Below, piece by piece: positions 49,063 to 59,661 of a stretch of DNA of 64,000 bases. The notes under the pieces were generated by a model. The model ran no database searches. It saw only the letters and a program-made list of their open reading frames with translations, and was not told the origin of the DNA. Location: positions 1-64,000 of IMG/VR virus record IMGVR_UViG_3300025137_003799; one strand, given 5' to 3'. The position numbers and the translations under genes are program-made. Source of the DNA: a virus. Numbering within the stretch: position 1 is the first letter of the stretch; each line of letters begins with the position of its first letter.

Positions 49063-50050
49063 ACAAGGGCGTATTAGATATACAGAAACAATAGAGGAAT
49101 TGTTACGAGAAGGCAGCAATAGGATGCCTGAAAGCCAACATGATCGCAAGCCAGCTGATGGTAAAATTAAATTTGACAACATAGACTTTAGAGGTGCTGA
49201 CTTATCTAATATGAAATTTGATGGTTTACTATTTGATGAATGTGACTTTACAGGAGCAAACCTAACAAACACAGAATTTTATAAGTGTGGTATGAGAAGT
49301 TCTATACTACACAGAGTTGTAGCAGATGGTGCCAGCTTTATTAATGTTAACATGCGAGAAAGTAAATTTACAGAAGCATATTGTATAGGTGCTAACTTCG
49401 AAGCATGTAATATGTTACATACTAATATGTGGGACACAAACCTGAATTACGCAACAATAATCGGAAACGATATGCGTAAAGTTAATTTGCGTGACTGCCG
49501 TATCAAACATGCAGTAATGAAAAACAACAAACTACGTGGTGCTAATTTACGTGATGTGCAGTTTACATGGACAAATGGTATCCCACGTTTCTTTTATGAT
49601 AGTAAGATAAACTTTGAACAAGCTGATCCAGAAGATTGGTTTTATGGTTATAAACTAGCGGCGGCAGATGGTAAAGGTATATATCATCCTGCAATTAAGT
49701 ATAGTGTTGGTAAAGTATTTGACGCAGAGTATCAGGATTCAGATCCAGAAAAACATATTCCGATTAGTAAAAAATATAATAGTGGTATTGCACTAGCACC
49801 CTTGGATTGGATCCTACGTGAATGGGTACTATGTGGTGGCTATGGAGATTACCAAGCATTCCGTTGTAAGTTCCAAGCTAAAGATGTAATTGAGAACGAA
49901 GGCAATACTAAGTTTAATGTTCGTAAAATGGAAGTTGTGGAACAAGTTGACTTGGCACCATTTTATGCAGAGATTTCAGAGGATATTGGATATCATACAG
50001 GCGGAACAGCGTCTGCTATTGATGACTTTAGAATTAGTGATGAGCAGTAA
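49049..50050 (+). CDS. pentapeptide-repeat protein
   Basis: ADLSN, CDFTG, ANLTN, ASFIN, ANFEA and ANLRD repeats plus a C-terminal domain. Confidence 0.88.
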   Translation: MLKTRQGRIRYTETIEELLREGSNRMPESQHDRKPADGKIKFDNIDFRGADLSNMKFDGLLFDECDFTGANLTNTEFYKCGMRSSILHRVVADGASFINVNMRESKFTEAYCIGANFEACNMLHTNMWDTNLNYATIIGNDMRKVNLRDCRIKHAVMKNNKLRGANLRDVQFTWTNGIPRFFYDSKINFEQADPEDWFYGYKLAAADGKGIYHPAIKYSVGKVFDAEYQDSDPEKHIPISKKYNSGIALAPLDWILREWVLCGGYGDYQAFRCKFQAKDVIENEGNTKFNVRKMEVVEQVDLAPFYAEISEDIGYHTGGTASAIDDFRISDEQ

Positions 50051-50690
50051 TATTTGGTTTACCGGCGTACCCGGTAGTAAATGGAGCGGAGTTGATATAC
50101 AACTTCGCAACATGCTACCATGTGATCGTACAGACGAAACTCCTGATAGAGTACACTATCACAGAGTTAATACCCCAGGCGATAAGAACAATGGACATCG
50201 TGGAAGTTATTGGGGACCAGGCATGGGTTGTGGTGAACATTGGACTAACTTAAACCACTTAACAAAAGAAAGTTTAGAGACAGACATTGAAGACGTATTC
50301 TATGGTGAAGGCTATAGAATACTTAAAAGTCACTTCTTTGCTAGACACCATAACCTAGATTACATATGGAATACCTTTAAAAATGATTGGATGATTTTAT
50401 TATATAGGGAATCACAATCCAGTTTTAGTTGGTGGGCTAATGTTATGGATTTCGGTGAAGGACATTATCCAGACTACACACCGGGATATAAAGATTATAA
50501 TACTATGCGTCCAAAGTTGTTTGAAGAGAACGAAGCAATATTTCATTTTGGATTAAAGATGGGTATGCAGTTTAAAAAATGGGATCCAAAAACAAGTGTA
50601 GATATGATTCCAGGATTTGATGCGGCCGCGGCTGCAGAAATAAATAAAAGTGCTGACGATGTATATGTTGCAGTTGCGAGGATAGAGTGA
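50040..50690 (+). CDS. sulfotransferase-like protein B
   Basis: FTGVPGSKWS, LKSH and LYR. Confidence 0.5.
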   Translation: MSSNIWFTGVPGSKWSGVDIQLRNMLPCDRTDETPDRVHYHRVNTPGDKNNGHRGSYWGPGMGCGEHWTNLNHLTKESLETDIEDVFYGEGYRILKSHFFARHHNLDYIWNTFKNDWMILLYRESQSSFSWWANVMDFGEGHYPDYTPGYKDYNTMRPKLFEENEAIFHFGLKMGMQFKKWDPKTSVDMIPGFDAAAAAEINKSADDVYVAVARIE

Positions 50691-51220
50691 ACTTAGAACG
50701 TTATGGAGATATAATTGAACTGGACTACCAAGTCGATTGTGATTCAGCAATTGCTGAATTAAGAGCAATGGATAACTGGAAGCCAGAAAAGACACGTCAC
50801 TGTCTTGATTTTCTTGGCGATATAGATCGTTCACAAAATGATACCATTACTCCCGAACTAAACAGTAATGCAGAACGTTGTCCAACAATTAAAAGTGCTA
50901 TTGAATTATTTACAGGACATCACAAAGCTAGAGTACAATGGATTGATGCAGGTGGATTCTTCCAACCACATCGAGATCATATGGGTGGTGGACAGGCTTA
51001 TAGAGTATTCATAGCCCTGAACAATACAACCAGAGACAAGTATGCATTTTTCTATGAGGATAAAATTATACAGTTTAAGCCCGGTGTTCCCTATATTATA
51101 AATACCGCGAAAGTACATGGAGCAATGAGCTTTGCAGATGAAACATATCATCTGCTCATGACAGTTAGAAAAACAGAAGAATCTGTAAAAAACATTATAG
51201 GAATGTTAACGTTCAAATGA
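50687..51220 (+). CDS. Fe(II)/2OG oxygenase (Asp/Asn beta-hydroxylase-like)
   Basis: PHRD...NTAKVHG; paralog of 44561-45139. Confidence 0.7.
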   Translation: MNLERYGDIIELDYQVDCDSAIAELRAMDNWKPEKTRHCLDFLGDIDRSQNDTITPELNSNAERCPTIKSAIELFTGHHKARVQWIDAGGFFQPHRDHMGGGQAYRVFIALNNTTRDKYAFFYEDKIIQFKPGVPYIINTAKVHGAMSFADETYHLLMTVRKTEESVKNIIGMLTFK

Positions 51221-51235
51221 TAGGAGCCTTTAATA

Positions 51236-51940
51236 ATGACTAGCCCATTTAAAATACCATACCATTTTGATAATTTCAAAGTAGACGAAGAAGGCGACTA
51301 TAGTAAAATTATTGGTATATTTAAAGGAGACTGGAGCGAGGATATTGCTACAGCAAGAAAAATAGGTACTGTACCACAAAGATATAATGAGCAGGAATAT
51401 GGACATGCAGCCAACGAAGCCAGTGCTGGTCATAAAGACGAAGATGCTGATAATCCAAATGGACAGCCTGAAGCAGTTATGTTTACTAAAGTAAACTTCG
51501 ATAAACACCCAGGTGCTTGTCCTGTGTTTGAGAAAATTGTAAACTTCCTAAAGATGGATCACACTAAAAAATTAACACAAAAGTTTAATGATCAGCTTCC
51601 AAACAATCAGTTAATGATACATATTGACAACCTACCTGGAATGCCTAGAGCAGATCGTGTACTTAACAATCCAGACTTTAAACTACAGGATCCTGATAAA
51701 CTACGTTTTCTAATTATGATGGAAGACTGGCAACCCGGACAAATGGTGCAGTTTGGTAATAAGATTTATTCACAATGGAGAGCCGGAACAGCAATCACTT
51801 GGGAATGGAGCACGTTGCCACATGCTACTTGGAATGGCAGTTGGTTTAATCGAGGAGCTCTACAACTAACTGGTAGTGCAACACCTGAGACATGGGATAT
51901 TATTCGCAATGGATCAGCAGACACAATCTATAACATATAA
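51236..51940 (+). CDS. Fe(II)/2OG-type oxygenase-like protein
   Basis: HID...PHATWN...R..LQLTG; paralog of 46317-47270. Confidence 0.6.
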   Translation: MTSPFKIPYHFDNFKVDEEGDYSKIIGIFKGDWSEDIATARKIGTVPQRYNEQEYGHAANEASAGHKDEDADNPNGQPEAVMFTKVNFDKHPGACPVFEKIVNFLKMDHTKKLTQKFNDQLPNNQLMIHIDNLPGMPRADRVLNNPDFKLQDPDKLRFLIMMEDWQPGQMVQFGNKIYSQWRAGTAITWEWSTLPHATWNGSWFNRGALQLTGSATPETWDIIRNGSADTIYNI

Positions 51941-51943
51941 ATA
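51936..51943 (+). promoter_or_regulatory. late promoter TATAAATA
   Basis: exact box upstream of the radical SAM operon. Confidence 0.65.
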
Positions 51944-51985
51944 CAACTATAGCGTTCAGACGAACTTGAACATTTAGGAAAAATA

Positions 51986-53395
51986 ATGCCAGATCACAAA
52001 TTACCAAGTGATACATTCTGTATCTTACCTTGGATTCACTTATCCACACGCCCAGACGGAAGTATGAGAGTTTGTTGTACAGCAAACGCATCAAGTGTTG
52101 GAGCAACTAACGACAAAGAACATGGAGGCAGAGTTGGTATCATTAAAACAGAAGATGGTAAACCTGCGAACCTAAATACAAGTGACTTGGAAAGCTCTTG
52201 GAACAACACATATTATCGTAGTGTAAGAAAAATGATGATGAACGGTGAAAAGCCTAGTAGTTGTCTAAAATGTTATAAAGAAGAAGCGGCTGGTCATAGA
52301 TCAAAACGTCAATGGGAAACAGAATATTGGCTCAACAATGGTATTAACATTGACGAACTAATGGGAGAAACATATGATGATGGATCAACAAACAGTAAAC
52401 TACGCTATATAGATATTCGTATGGGCACCAAGTGCCAACTAGGTTGTGTTATGTGTTCACCACATGATTCAAGTGGTTGGGTTAAAGACTGGAAAGGCCT
52501 ATATCCAAAAATTACTAACGAGTCACTAAAAGAAACTATGAATTGGGACGCCAAAGGTAAAACTTTTGGTGCTAGTTATAACTGGCATAAGGACAATGAA
52601 ATATTCTGGGAGCAGTTTTATAAACAGATCCCACATATGCGTCAGCTATATTTTGCTGGTGGTGAATCAACAGTTATTGAGGAACACTATGATATCCTAG
52701 ATAAAGTTATTGAAATGGGATACGCAGGTGAAATGGAAGTGCGTTATAATTCAAACGGAATTGAAATACCTGATAGATTATTAGAACAATGGTCACACTT
52801 TAAACTAGTACGTTTTCATTATTCAATTGATAGTATTGGTGCTATGAATGATTATATTCGTTATCCAAGTGTATGGGAACATCAGCTAAAAATGTTTAAG
52901 AAACTGGATGAAGAAACAACTAATAATGTTGAAGTAACAATTGCTTGTGCCGTTAATGCTCTCAACATCCATTACATTCCAGACTTCTTAAAATGGAAAC
53001 TAACACAAAACTTCCATAAAATTAACATGTGGCCATTTGGTGCAGGCGGTATTAACTACCACTTTGTATACTGGCCTCCACACCTAAACGTCAAAGTTTT
53101 ACCTCGTGAATTCTTAGATAAAACTGAAAAGAAGTATGAGGAGTTTATTGAATGGTGGACTGAGAACTATGAACTAGGAGTTCCTGTTTGGCACAAAGGT
53201 AAAGTATCACGTGAGAAATGGTTAGACGCCGCCTATGGTGTTAAACGTCTGCGTGGCATGGTTAACTTTGCACGTTCAGAAGATTGGACTAGAAGACTTC
53301 CTGAATTTAGAGAATACTTGACTAAGCTAGATGCAATGCGTGGAACAGACTTCCGTAAGACATTCCCAGACATGGCTTTTTTATTAGATGAGTAA
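51986..53395 (+). CDS. radical SAM protein with N-terminal twitch-like Cys cluster
   Basis: CILPW, VCC, CLKC, CQLGCVMC and FAGGE. Confidence 0.9.
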   Translation: MPDHKLPSDTFCILPWIHLSTRPDGSMRVCCTANASSVGATNDKEHGGRVGIIKTEDGKPANLNTSDLESSWNNTYYRSVRKMMMNGEKPSSCLKCYKEEAAGHRSKRQWETEYWLNNGINIDELMGETYDDGSTNSKLRYIDIRMGTKCQLGCVMCSPHDSSGWVKDWKGLYPKITNESLKETMNWDAKGKTFGASYNWHKDNEIFWEQFYKQIPHMRQLYFAGGESTVIEEHYDILDKVIEMGYAGEMEVRYNSNGIEIPDRLLEQWSHFKLVRFHYSIDSIGAMNDYIRYPSVWEHQLKMFKKLDEETTNNVEVTIACAVNALNIHYIPDFLKWKLTQNFHKINMWPFGAGGINYHFVYWPPHLNVKVLPREFLDKTEKKYEEFIEWWTENYELGVPVWHKGKVSREKWLDAAYGVKRLRGMVNFARSEDWTRRLPEFREYLTKLDAMRGTDFRKTFPDMAFLLDE

Positions 53396-53939
53396 GACAG
53401 TATTAGTAGTAGCATTAGAGTCAGAGCTACCTCCAGTAGATAGATTAGATATTAGATATTCAGGCGTTGGTAAAGTCAACGCCGCCTATACCACTATGAA
53501 GGCCATTGGAGATGGTGCAACAAGAATTATTAACTTTGGTACTGCTGGACTAGTAAGTAATAAAGACCTAGTGGGTAAATTAGCACATATAGATGTAATA
53601 CTACAGCGAGATATGATTGCAGAACCACAAGCACCACGTGGAGTAACACCCTTTGATACAGATGAAAGAACAAGTGGTGCAATTATGTTGGATACAAATA
53701 CCAATATAACGCTGGGTACTGGCGATAGTTTTGTACAGGAAACAGATGAATGGTTTAACTACAGTAATATTGATCTAGTTGATATGGAGGCGTTTGCTAT
53801 TGCAAAAGTTTGTATATCAGAAGGTGTTAAGTTTGAATGTCTAAAGTGGGTTAGTGACTTTGCAGATGAAAATGCCGCAGAGTCCTGGGAACAAAATCAG
53901 AGTGATGGTAAAGACGCTATGATGCGTTGGTTGGAGTAG
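53388..53939 (+). CDS. mtnN: 5'-methylthioadenosine/SAH nucleosidase
   Basis: ALESE, GVGKVNAA, INFGTAG, TGDSF, VDME and KWVSDFAD. Confidence 0.88.
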   Translation: MSKTVLVVALESELPPVDRLDIRYSGVGKVNAAYTTMKAIGDGATRIINFGTAGLVSNKDLVGKLAHIDVILQRDMIAEPQAPRGVTPFDTDERTSGAIMLDTNTNITLGTGDSFVQETDEWFNYSNIDLVDMEAFAIAKVCISEGVKFECLKWVSDFADENAAESWEQNQSDGKDAMMRWLE

Positions 53940-53941
53940 TC

Positions 53942-55165
53942 ATGGAAGATAGTTTTTGCGTTGCTCCATTTGTTCAAGCATGTTTAAACACAAAAGGTGA
54001 AACTAGGCCTTGTTGTAACTATGCACCATCATATAAACCAGAAGATCATACCACAGGAAATATTAATACAGACGGTGGATTAACAAACGCAATACAAAGC
54101 CATGGCATGGTGAAATTACGTGAACAATTCCTTAAAGGTGAAAAGCCTGATTTATGTGTTAAATGCTGGAAAGAAGAAGAGCAACATGGTAAAGACTGGT
54201 CAATGCGATCAACCTATAACTTGCGGTATGAGGATTATATCAAAGAAAACAATGAAAAGTTTACTAAAGATTTTTTTAGTTTAAAATATTTAGAAACTGG
54301 ATTCGGTAATTTCTGTAACTTATCCTGTAAGATGTGTCTACCAGCAGTAAGCAGTACTATGTTTAGTATTATCAATGCTGGCAAGAAAAACAAGTTTATT
54401 GAAGGTTACCTAAAAGATATAAGTTACATTGATACTGATATAACAGGCCTTGATTATATCAAACTTGTAGGTGGTGAGCCTATGATGGAACGTAAACATG
54501 ATCAGTTATTAGAACAGTTGCTAAAAGAACATCCTAACCCAGGCAATATAACCATATGTTATTTCACAAACACAACAAAGAAGCCTAGTCAACGTGTTGT
54601 TGATATGTGGAGTCAGTTCAAAAAAATAGAATTAAACTATAGTATAGATGGATTTGGTGAAGTTAATGAGTACCAAAGACCAGGAAATTATGTATGGCAA
54701 GACGTTGAAAACGTACTTGACTATTATCAAGAACTAAGTAAAACAATAAATATCGAACAAAAAATTACTAGTACGATTACAGCTATTAATGTAATGTCAG
54801 TAGAGCGTCTATGGAAATGGGTTCATCATAAATGGGGGCCAAAAATTTACTATAACTGTCAGTTAGCTCATCAGCCTCTATATCTAAACCTTCAACATCT
54901 ACATCCAGATCTAAAACAAAAGATTCGTGATAGACTAACATCAATAGACCTAACCCTTTATGAACCACTTCCAGGAACTAAGACTGTAGGTATTTTCCAT
55001 CATGATATAGAGCATAAAGTTTTTATTAAAAGTGTTTTAAATGTAATGGCACAAGATACAGAGCATAACTTTACACTGGATGACATAGCACAACAAAACC
55101 AGTTTAATTTAATATCTAAATACTTCAACCATTCTAAGGATTGGCTACATGAAGAATATTCCTGA
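53942..55165 (+). CDS. radical SAM protein with N-terminal twitch-like Cys cluster
   Basis: CVAPF, PCC, CVKC, CNLSCKMC and GGEP. Confidence 0.9.
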   Translation: MEDSFCVAPFVQACLNTKGETRPCCNYAPSYKPEDHTTGNINTDGGLTNAIQSHGMVKLREQFLKGEKPDLCVKCWKEEEQHGKDWSMRSTYNLRYEDYIKENNEKFTKDFFSLKYLETGFGNFCNLSCKMCLPAVSSTMFSIINAGKKNKFIEGYLKDISYIDTDITGLDYIKLVGGEPMMERKHDQLLEQLLKEHPNPGNITICYFTNTTKKPSQRVVDMWSQFKKIELNYSIDGFGEVNEYQRPGNYVWQDVENVLDYYQELSKTINIEQKITSTITAINVMSVERLWKWVHHKWGPKIYYNCQLAHQPLYLNLQHLHPDLKQKIRDRLTSIDLTLYEPLPGTKTVGIFHHDIEHKVFIKSVLNVMAQDTEHNFTLDDIAQQNQFNLISKYFNHSKDWLHEEYS

Positions 55166-56291
55166 AACAGCATGTAGTTTATTATGGACTCACATTGCCC
55201 TTGACATGGAGGGCGATGTTATGCCCTGTTGTAGATTCCACGTAGATGCTACTGAAAGACAGGATCCAAGACGTGTTCCTAATATGGGAGGCTGGAGAAA
55301 GCCCGGTATCCCAAATATAGATAATGGGTTACACCAAGCATTTACAGGCATAGAGTTTCAAAAAATGCGAGAGAAAATGTTAGCAGGTAAGAAGCTCGAA
55401 GGTTGTACTAAGTGTTGGGACATTGAAGAATCTGGAAGTATGAGTCCACGTAATTTTTGGAACAAAAGATTTAAACACCTAATAGGTGAAGAACCAAAGC
55501 TAAAATTTTTAGAGATTGGTTTTTCAACACATTGTAACTTGGCTTGCAGAATGTGTTCACCTGCTTACAGTAGTAAATGGCACAATATAGCATTTCCAGG
55601 AACAAGTGTGCCTGTGGGATTCAAGGATTATATAAAGAAGTTAGGTACTGCTGATCTTAGCGGAGTAGAAACTATTAAGTTTGTTGGTGGAGAGCCAATG
55701 ATGGATAAAAACCATGATGCATTTATTCTAAGCCTAGAAGAGTTTGGTATTGATTTATCTAAACTACAATTAAATTATCATACAAATGCTACAATCCGTG
55801 CTAGTAAAAAAGTAATAGAGGTATGGAAACGTGTAAAGAAAGTTGTACTATGTCTAAGTATAGATGGAGTTGGTGAAGTTAATGAGTATCAGAGACCCGG
55901 ACACAAATGGGCAGACTTAGATGCTAACGTTGACTGGTATACAAATTTAGGTTTGAGTAATATAGTTATGGAATGTCATACAGTTGTCACACGTTTTAAT
56001 ATATTTCATTTAAAAGAATTAACTGAGTGGCAGTCAACAAAACAATTCAGAGATACAACATTCGATCCCACTAACTTTCCAGTATATCTAAGTATTAGAC
56101 AATTTGATGCAGAGAAAAAACAACGAGCTTTTAGCTTACTGGATGAAGTATTCGGTGATGCTGATGTATCAAATCATATGAGAAAGAAACTGCAACAGGA
56201 ACCTGTTGATGATGAAGATGATGAATACATGATAGAGACAATGAAACCATTGGATGAATATTTTAATCAAGATACTAGGAGTAAGTTATGA
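55149..56291 (+). CDS. radical SAM protein with N-terminal twitch-like Cys cluster
   Basis: CSLLW, PCC, CTKC, CNLACRMC and GGEP. Confidence 0.9.
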   Translation: MKNIPETACSLLWTHIALDMEGDVMPCCRFHVDATERQDPRRVPNMGGWRKPGIPNIDNGLHQAFTGIEFQKMREKMLAGKKLEGCTKCWDIEESGSMSPRNFWNKRFKHLIGEEPKLKFLEIGFSTHCNLACRMCSPAYSSKWHNIAFPGTSVPVGFKDYIKKLGTADLSGVETIKFVGGEPMMDKNHDAFILSLEEFGIDLSKLQLNYHTNATIRASKKVIEVWKRVKKVVLCLSIDGVGEVNEYQRPGHKWADLDANVDWYTNLGLSNIVMECHTVVTRFNIFHLKELTEWQSTKQFRDTTFDPTNFPVYLSIRQFDAEKKQRAFSLLDEVFGDADVSNHMRKKLQQEPVDDEDDEYMIETMKPLDEYFNQDTRSKL

Positions 56292-57553
56292 GTAAGGGAG
56301 GATTTTGTGCCCTACCTTTTGTACAGTACTCAACTTATAACGGTGGACGTTATAGGCTATGTTGTATGGCGGCAGAACCTGAAGTAACAGTTAACCAAGA
56401 AGAACTAGGCATAGCAGGAACATGGAACCACGACTATATTAAAGATGTTCGCAAACGTTTAACAAACGATGAATGGTTGCCTGAATGTGGTGAATGTTTA
56501 CGGCTAGAACGTAATGGAATAGTAAGCTCACGTCAATGGGAAAATGAACAGTGGGCAGATGTAATTGACGAAGTGGTGGCTGACGCTTCCGTTAACGATT
56601 GGGAGGTTGAACAACCTTTACAATTTGATTTTAGGCTTGGCAATTTATGTAATCTACAATGCCAGATGTGTAATAAAGAAGCATCACATCTAGTAAGTGT
56701 GGAACGTGGCAAAATGGTTAAAGAAGGACTGGGGGCCAACCACCCTGATTGGCACGGCAATATTGCAGAAAAGAAGGAAGCCCTTCTTCAACCTGGAATA
56801 GACTGGACGAGTTTTGAGGATATGGTAGTGAAGGCTCGTAAAATTAAAATGATCGGTGGAGAGCCTACAGTAAGTCCTGATATGTTTAAGCTCTTAGATA
56901 AGGCCGTTGATTCCGGACACGCATCACATATAGAACTTAGCTTCTATACTAATATGACTAACATGCAGGATAAGTGGTTAGAACAGCTAGGTAAGTTTGA
57001 GAAGGTGATAATAAACTGTTCCTTGGAGGGCATGGAGGACATGAATGACTACCTACGTCCGCCTTCCAAGTGGACTAGTGTATGGAAAAACTTTGACAAG
57101 TTAGTCAAGTATTCAAATACAAAAGCAGGTAAGAATATTAAAGTTAGAGTGACAACAGTTAATCAGATAACAAACGCATTACATATTGTTCCATTCTGGC
57201 GTATGATGCACAATTATCAGATGGAACATGATAGAGGTATAGCAATGAGTACCAATCAACTTATTGAACCAAACTACTATAGTATGCAGTACGCACCACA
57301 ATGGTTGCGTGATGAACAAAGCAAACAGGTAGAAGAATTTTTAACAGAGATTGATAACTCACCACACTTCACAGACTATGAAGAGCCTCTTAGAGAGATG
57401 ATTGCCTTTTCAAATGATAGTGATCATGTATACAATCCAAACATTATAAAACAATATGTTAGGGTTACTGAAAGTTATGATATATTTAGAGGACATGATG
57501 TAATGAAGGTTGCTCCGGAGTTTAAGAGGCTTAAAGATGAAATTCGGATTTAA
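56288..57553 (+). CDS. radical SAM protein with N-terminal twitch-like Cys cluster
   Basis: CALPF, LCC, CGEC, CNLQCQMC and GGEP. Confidence 0.9.
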   Translation: MSKGGFCALPFVQYSTYNGGRYRLCCMAAEPEVTVNQEELGIAGTWNHDYIKDVRKRLTNDEWLPECGECLRLERNGIVSSRQWENEQWADVIDEVVADASVNDWEVEQPLQFDFRLGNLCNLQCQMCNKEASHLVSVERGKMVKEGLGANHPDWHGNIAEKKEALLQPGIDWTSFEDMVVKARKIKMIGGEPTVSPDMFKLLDKAVDSGHASHIELSFYTNMTNMQDKWLEQLGKFEKVIINCSLEGMEDMNDYLRPPSKWTSVWKNFDKLVKYSNTKAGKNIKVRVTTVNQITNALHIVPFWRMMHNYQMEHDRGIAMSTNQLIEPNYYSMQYAPQWLRDEQSKQVEEFLTEIDNSPHFTDYEEPLREMIAFSNDSDHVYNPNIIKQYVRVTESYDIFRGHDVMKVAPEFKRLKDEIRI

Positions 57554-58730
57554 AAGTTATAACAGTTGGGATCCACTTAAAAAAGTTCTAGTGGGCAGTA
57601 CATTTAAGACAGACTTTTTTGCAGATCTTCCTGACAAAAAAGTTGCTGATACATTATCTAGAGTTAATGAAGAAACACATGAGGACTTAGAACAACTTGT
57701 TACTATACTCAAAGGCGAAGGTGTAGAGACATATAGAATGCCTGATACACTCCTTACTCCCGGAGGACAGACAGCAACTAGTGTAAATCAATTTGTTGAG
57801 GTAGGTCATCAAATTCCCAAACCTTTACATACACCACGTGATGATTTTTTCGTATTAGGTGAAACATTTATATATGGAAAGCCTTTTGTAAGAATGAATG
57901 ACGTAAACTGGCAAATGCCCTGGACAGGGTGTGAGGATTATGTCCAAGTATTTTTTGATAAGGATAGTCCTCTATGTCTAGGAGATAAGAACTCAGAAGT
58001 TCTTAAGTCTTTTGACGGAGCATGTATTATGCGAGCCGGTAGAGATATTACAATGGATGTAAATTCAAGTGCAGGCAAAGTATTTCAACAGGATTGGTTA
58101 CCCAAGTTTAACAATATAAACAATACAAACTTCAGAGCTCATACGGTTGGCATGGGAAGACATACAGACGGAGTTATGAATCTATTACGACCTGGACTCA
58201 TTATATCTGCACAATATATACAAAATTATCATCTAACATATCCTGATTGGGACGTTTTTTATGTACCAAAGCCAATGGATAATCCCTATGTGGATGCATT
58301 TAAACAAATGAAACGTGACAGACGAGAACGTGCAAAGAATTATTGGATCCCTACAGAAGAAGGTAATGATGCACTACATCAGTTTATTGACCTATGGTTC
58401 AAGGATGGTGTGGGTAGTGTATTTGAAACAAACTTTGATGTTAATATCCTAAGTCTAGATCAGGATACTATTATTACATGTGGTAAGAATAGTGATGTGG
58501 AAAAGAGATTATGGAATGATTACGGTATAAAAACAATTGTATCACCACTACGTCACAGATGGTTTTGGGACGGTGGCATACATTGTGTTACTAGTGACTT
58601 GTATCGTGAAGGAACATGTGAAGACTATTGGCCTACAAGAGGCGATACATTCTTAAATTTTGAGGAAGAAGAATTAATTAATAACGGAGCAAAGGTCCGA
58701 GACGAATGGCGAGATATTAACTTTACATAA
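57537..58730 (+). CDS. amidinotransferase (glycine/inosamine-phosphate amidinotransferase family)
   Basis: NSWDPLKKVLVG, PRD, FDGA, HTDG, FDVN and GGIHC. Confidence 0.85.
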   Translation: MKFGFKSYNSWDPLKKVLVGSTFKTDFFADLPDKKVADTLSRVNEETHEDLEQLVTILKGEGVETYRMPDTLLTPGGQTATSVNQFVEVGHQIPKPLHTPRDDFFVLGETFIYGKPFVRMNDVNWQMPWTGCEDYVQVFFDKDSPLCLGDKNSEVLKSFDGACIMRAGRDITMDVNSSAGKVFQQDWLPKFNNINNTNFRAHTVGMGRHTDGVMNLLRPGLIISAQYIQNYHLTYPDWDVFYVPKPMDNPYVDAFKQMKRDRRERAKNYWIPTEEGNDALHQFIDLWFKDGVGSVFETNFDVNILSLDQDTIITCGKNSDVEKRLWNDYGIKTIVSPLRHRWFWDGGIHCVTSDLYREGTCEDYWPTRGDTFLNFEEEELINNGAKVRDEWRDINFT

Positions 58731-59661
58731 TATCTTGATAATTCATGTGAAGATTATTTTTATAGTACTGATACATAATATCTTCAGCTTCAGTTAGTAC
58801 AGGATCAGTACGTTTACCCCATACAACTTCTGCAGTCCATTTACCATGTGCTTTGTCTTGAATAGTATATGTACCTAAGTCTGGAAATACTCCACTATCA
58901 ATAACCGTTACTGATTCATGATGCTTACTTGCATATTTTAGGATCTTGCTGGGATCCTGTCGCCAATCTGTGTGATATATGTTTTTATAGCCATGAGCAA
59001 CAAGCCACGCTTCTGTTAGATTTCCCATACGCAAACCCAACTTTGCGTAATGACTGTCATCATGTTTGTGATTATGTATAAGCCAAGCTGGTTGATTTTC
59101 ATCATAATGTGCTACAGTCTTATGTCTACGTTTACCCACACGGAATAGTATACTACGTTTAAGTGTTGATAAAGGTTCTACAATATGCCAACTAAAAGGA
59201 TCAGCACATATAAAATAAGCACTATTAACTCTGTTGGGTATTTGTAATACAGGATTACATTGTCTATCTAAAATTTGCACACCCTGATCACTGTCATCTA
59301 AATATACTTGACTAGTAATTAACCAACGAAAGTTTTTTAGATCATTATGTGTCTCTAAATGACTACCGGGTTCATCCATATGAAAGTTAGTATAGTGATG
59401 ATCATGTGAATAGTCCGGTGAACCCAGGAACTCCCATTTCAAAGTGTCCAGCATTTCATACTTAACAAAACTTAGGAAGTCTATGTCTTGTACAGGTGCT
59501 GAATAATTACCCCATAAACTGCTTTCATGCTCACTTGCTTGTGGATTTGCACAATGCTCGCGAATATATTGTTCAGGGTAGTTGTCATAATACCTTTGCA
59601 GGTAATTGACATGCATGAATCTATTCGTCAGGCTGTACTTGTATGGTTTCTTGTAGTGCAA
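58723..59661 (-). CDS. Fe(II)/2OG oxygenase-like protein
   Basis: LETHND...QVYL...SWH.V...RS; start possibly 59616. Confidence 0.6.
   Translation of the reverse strand: MHYKKPYKYSLTNRFMHVNYLQRYYDNYPEQYIREHCANPQASEHESSLWGNYSAPVQDIDFLSFVKYEMLDTLKWEFLGSPDYSHDHHYTNFHMDEPGSHLETHNDLKNFRWLITSQVYLDDSDQGVQILDRQCNPVLQIPNRVNSAYFICADPFSWHIVEPLSTLKRSILFRVGKRRHKTVAHYDENQPAWLIHNHKHDDSHYAKLGLRMGNLTEAWLVAHGYKNIYHTDWRQDPSKILKYASKHHESVTVIDSGVFPDLGTYTIQDKAHGKWTAEVVWGKRTDPVLTEAEDIMYQYYKNNLHMNYQDIM

Noticed and set aside
49049-50050. Qnr-type quinolone resistance gene
   Set aside because: Pentapeptide repeats are generic, and the extra C-terminal domain and context do not support Qnr
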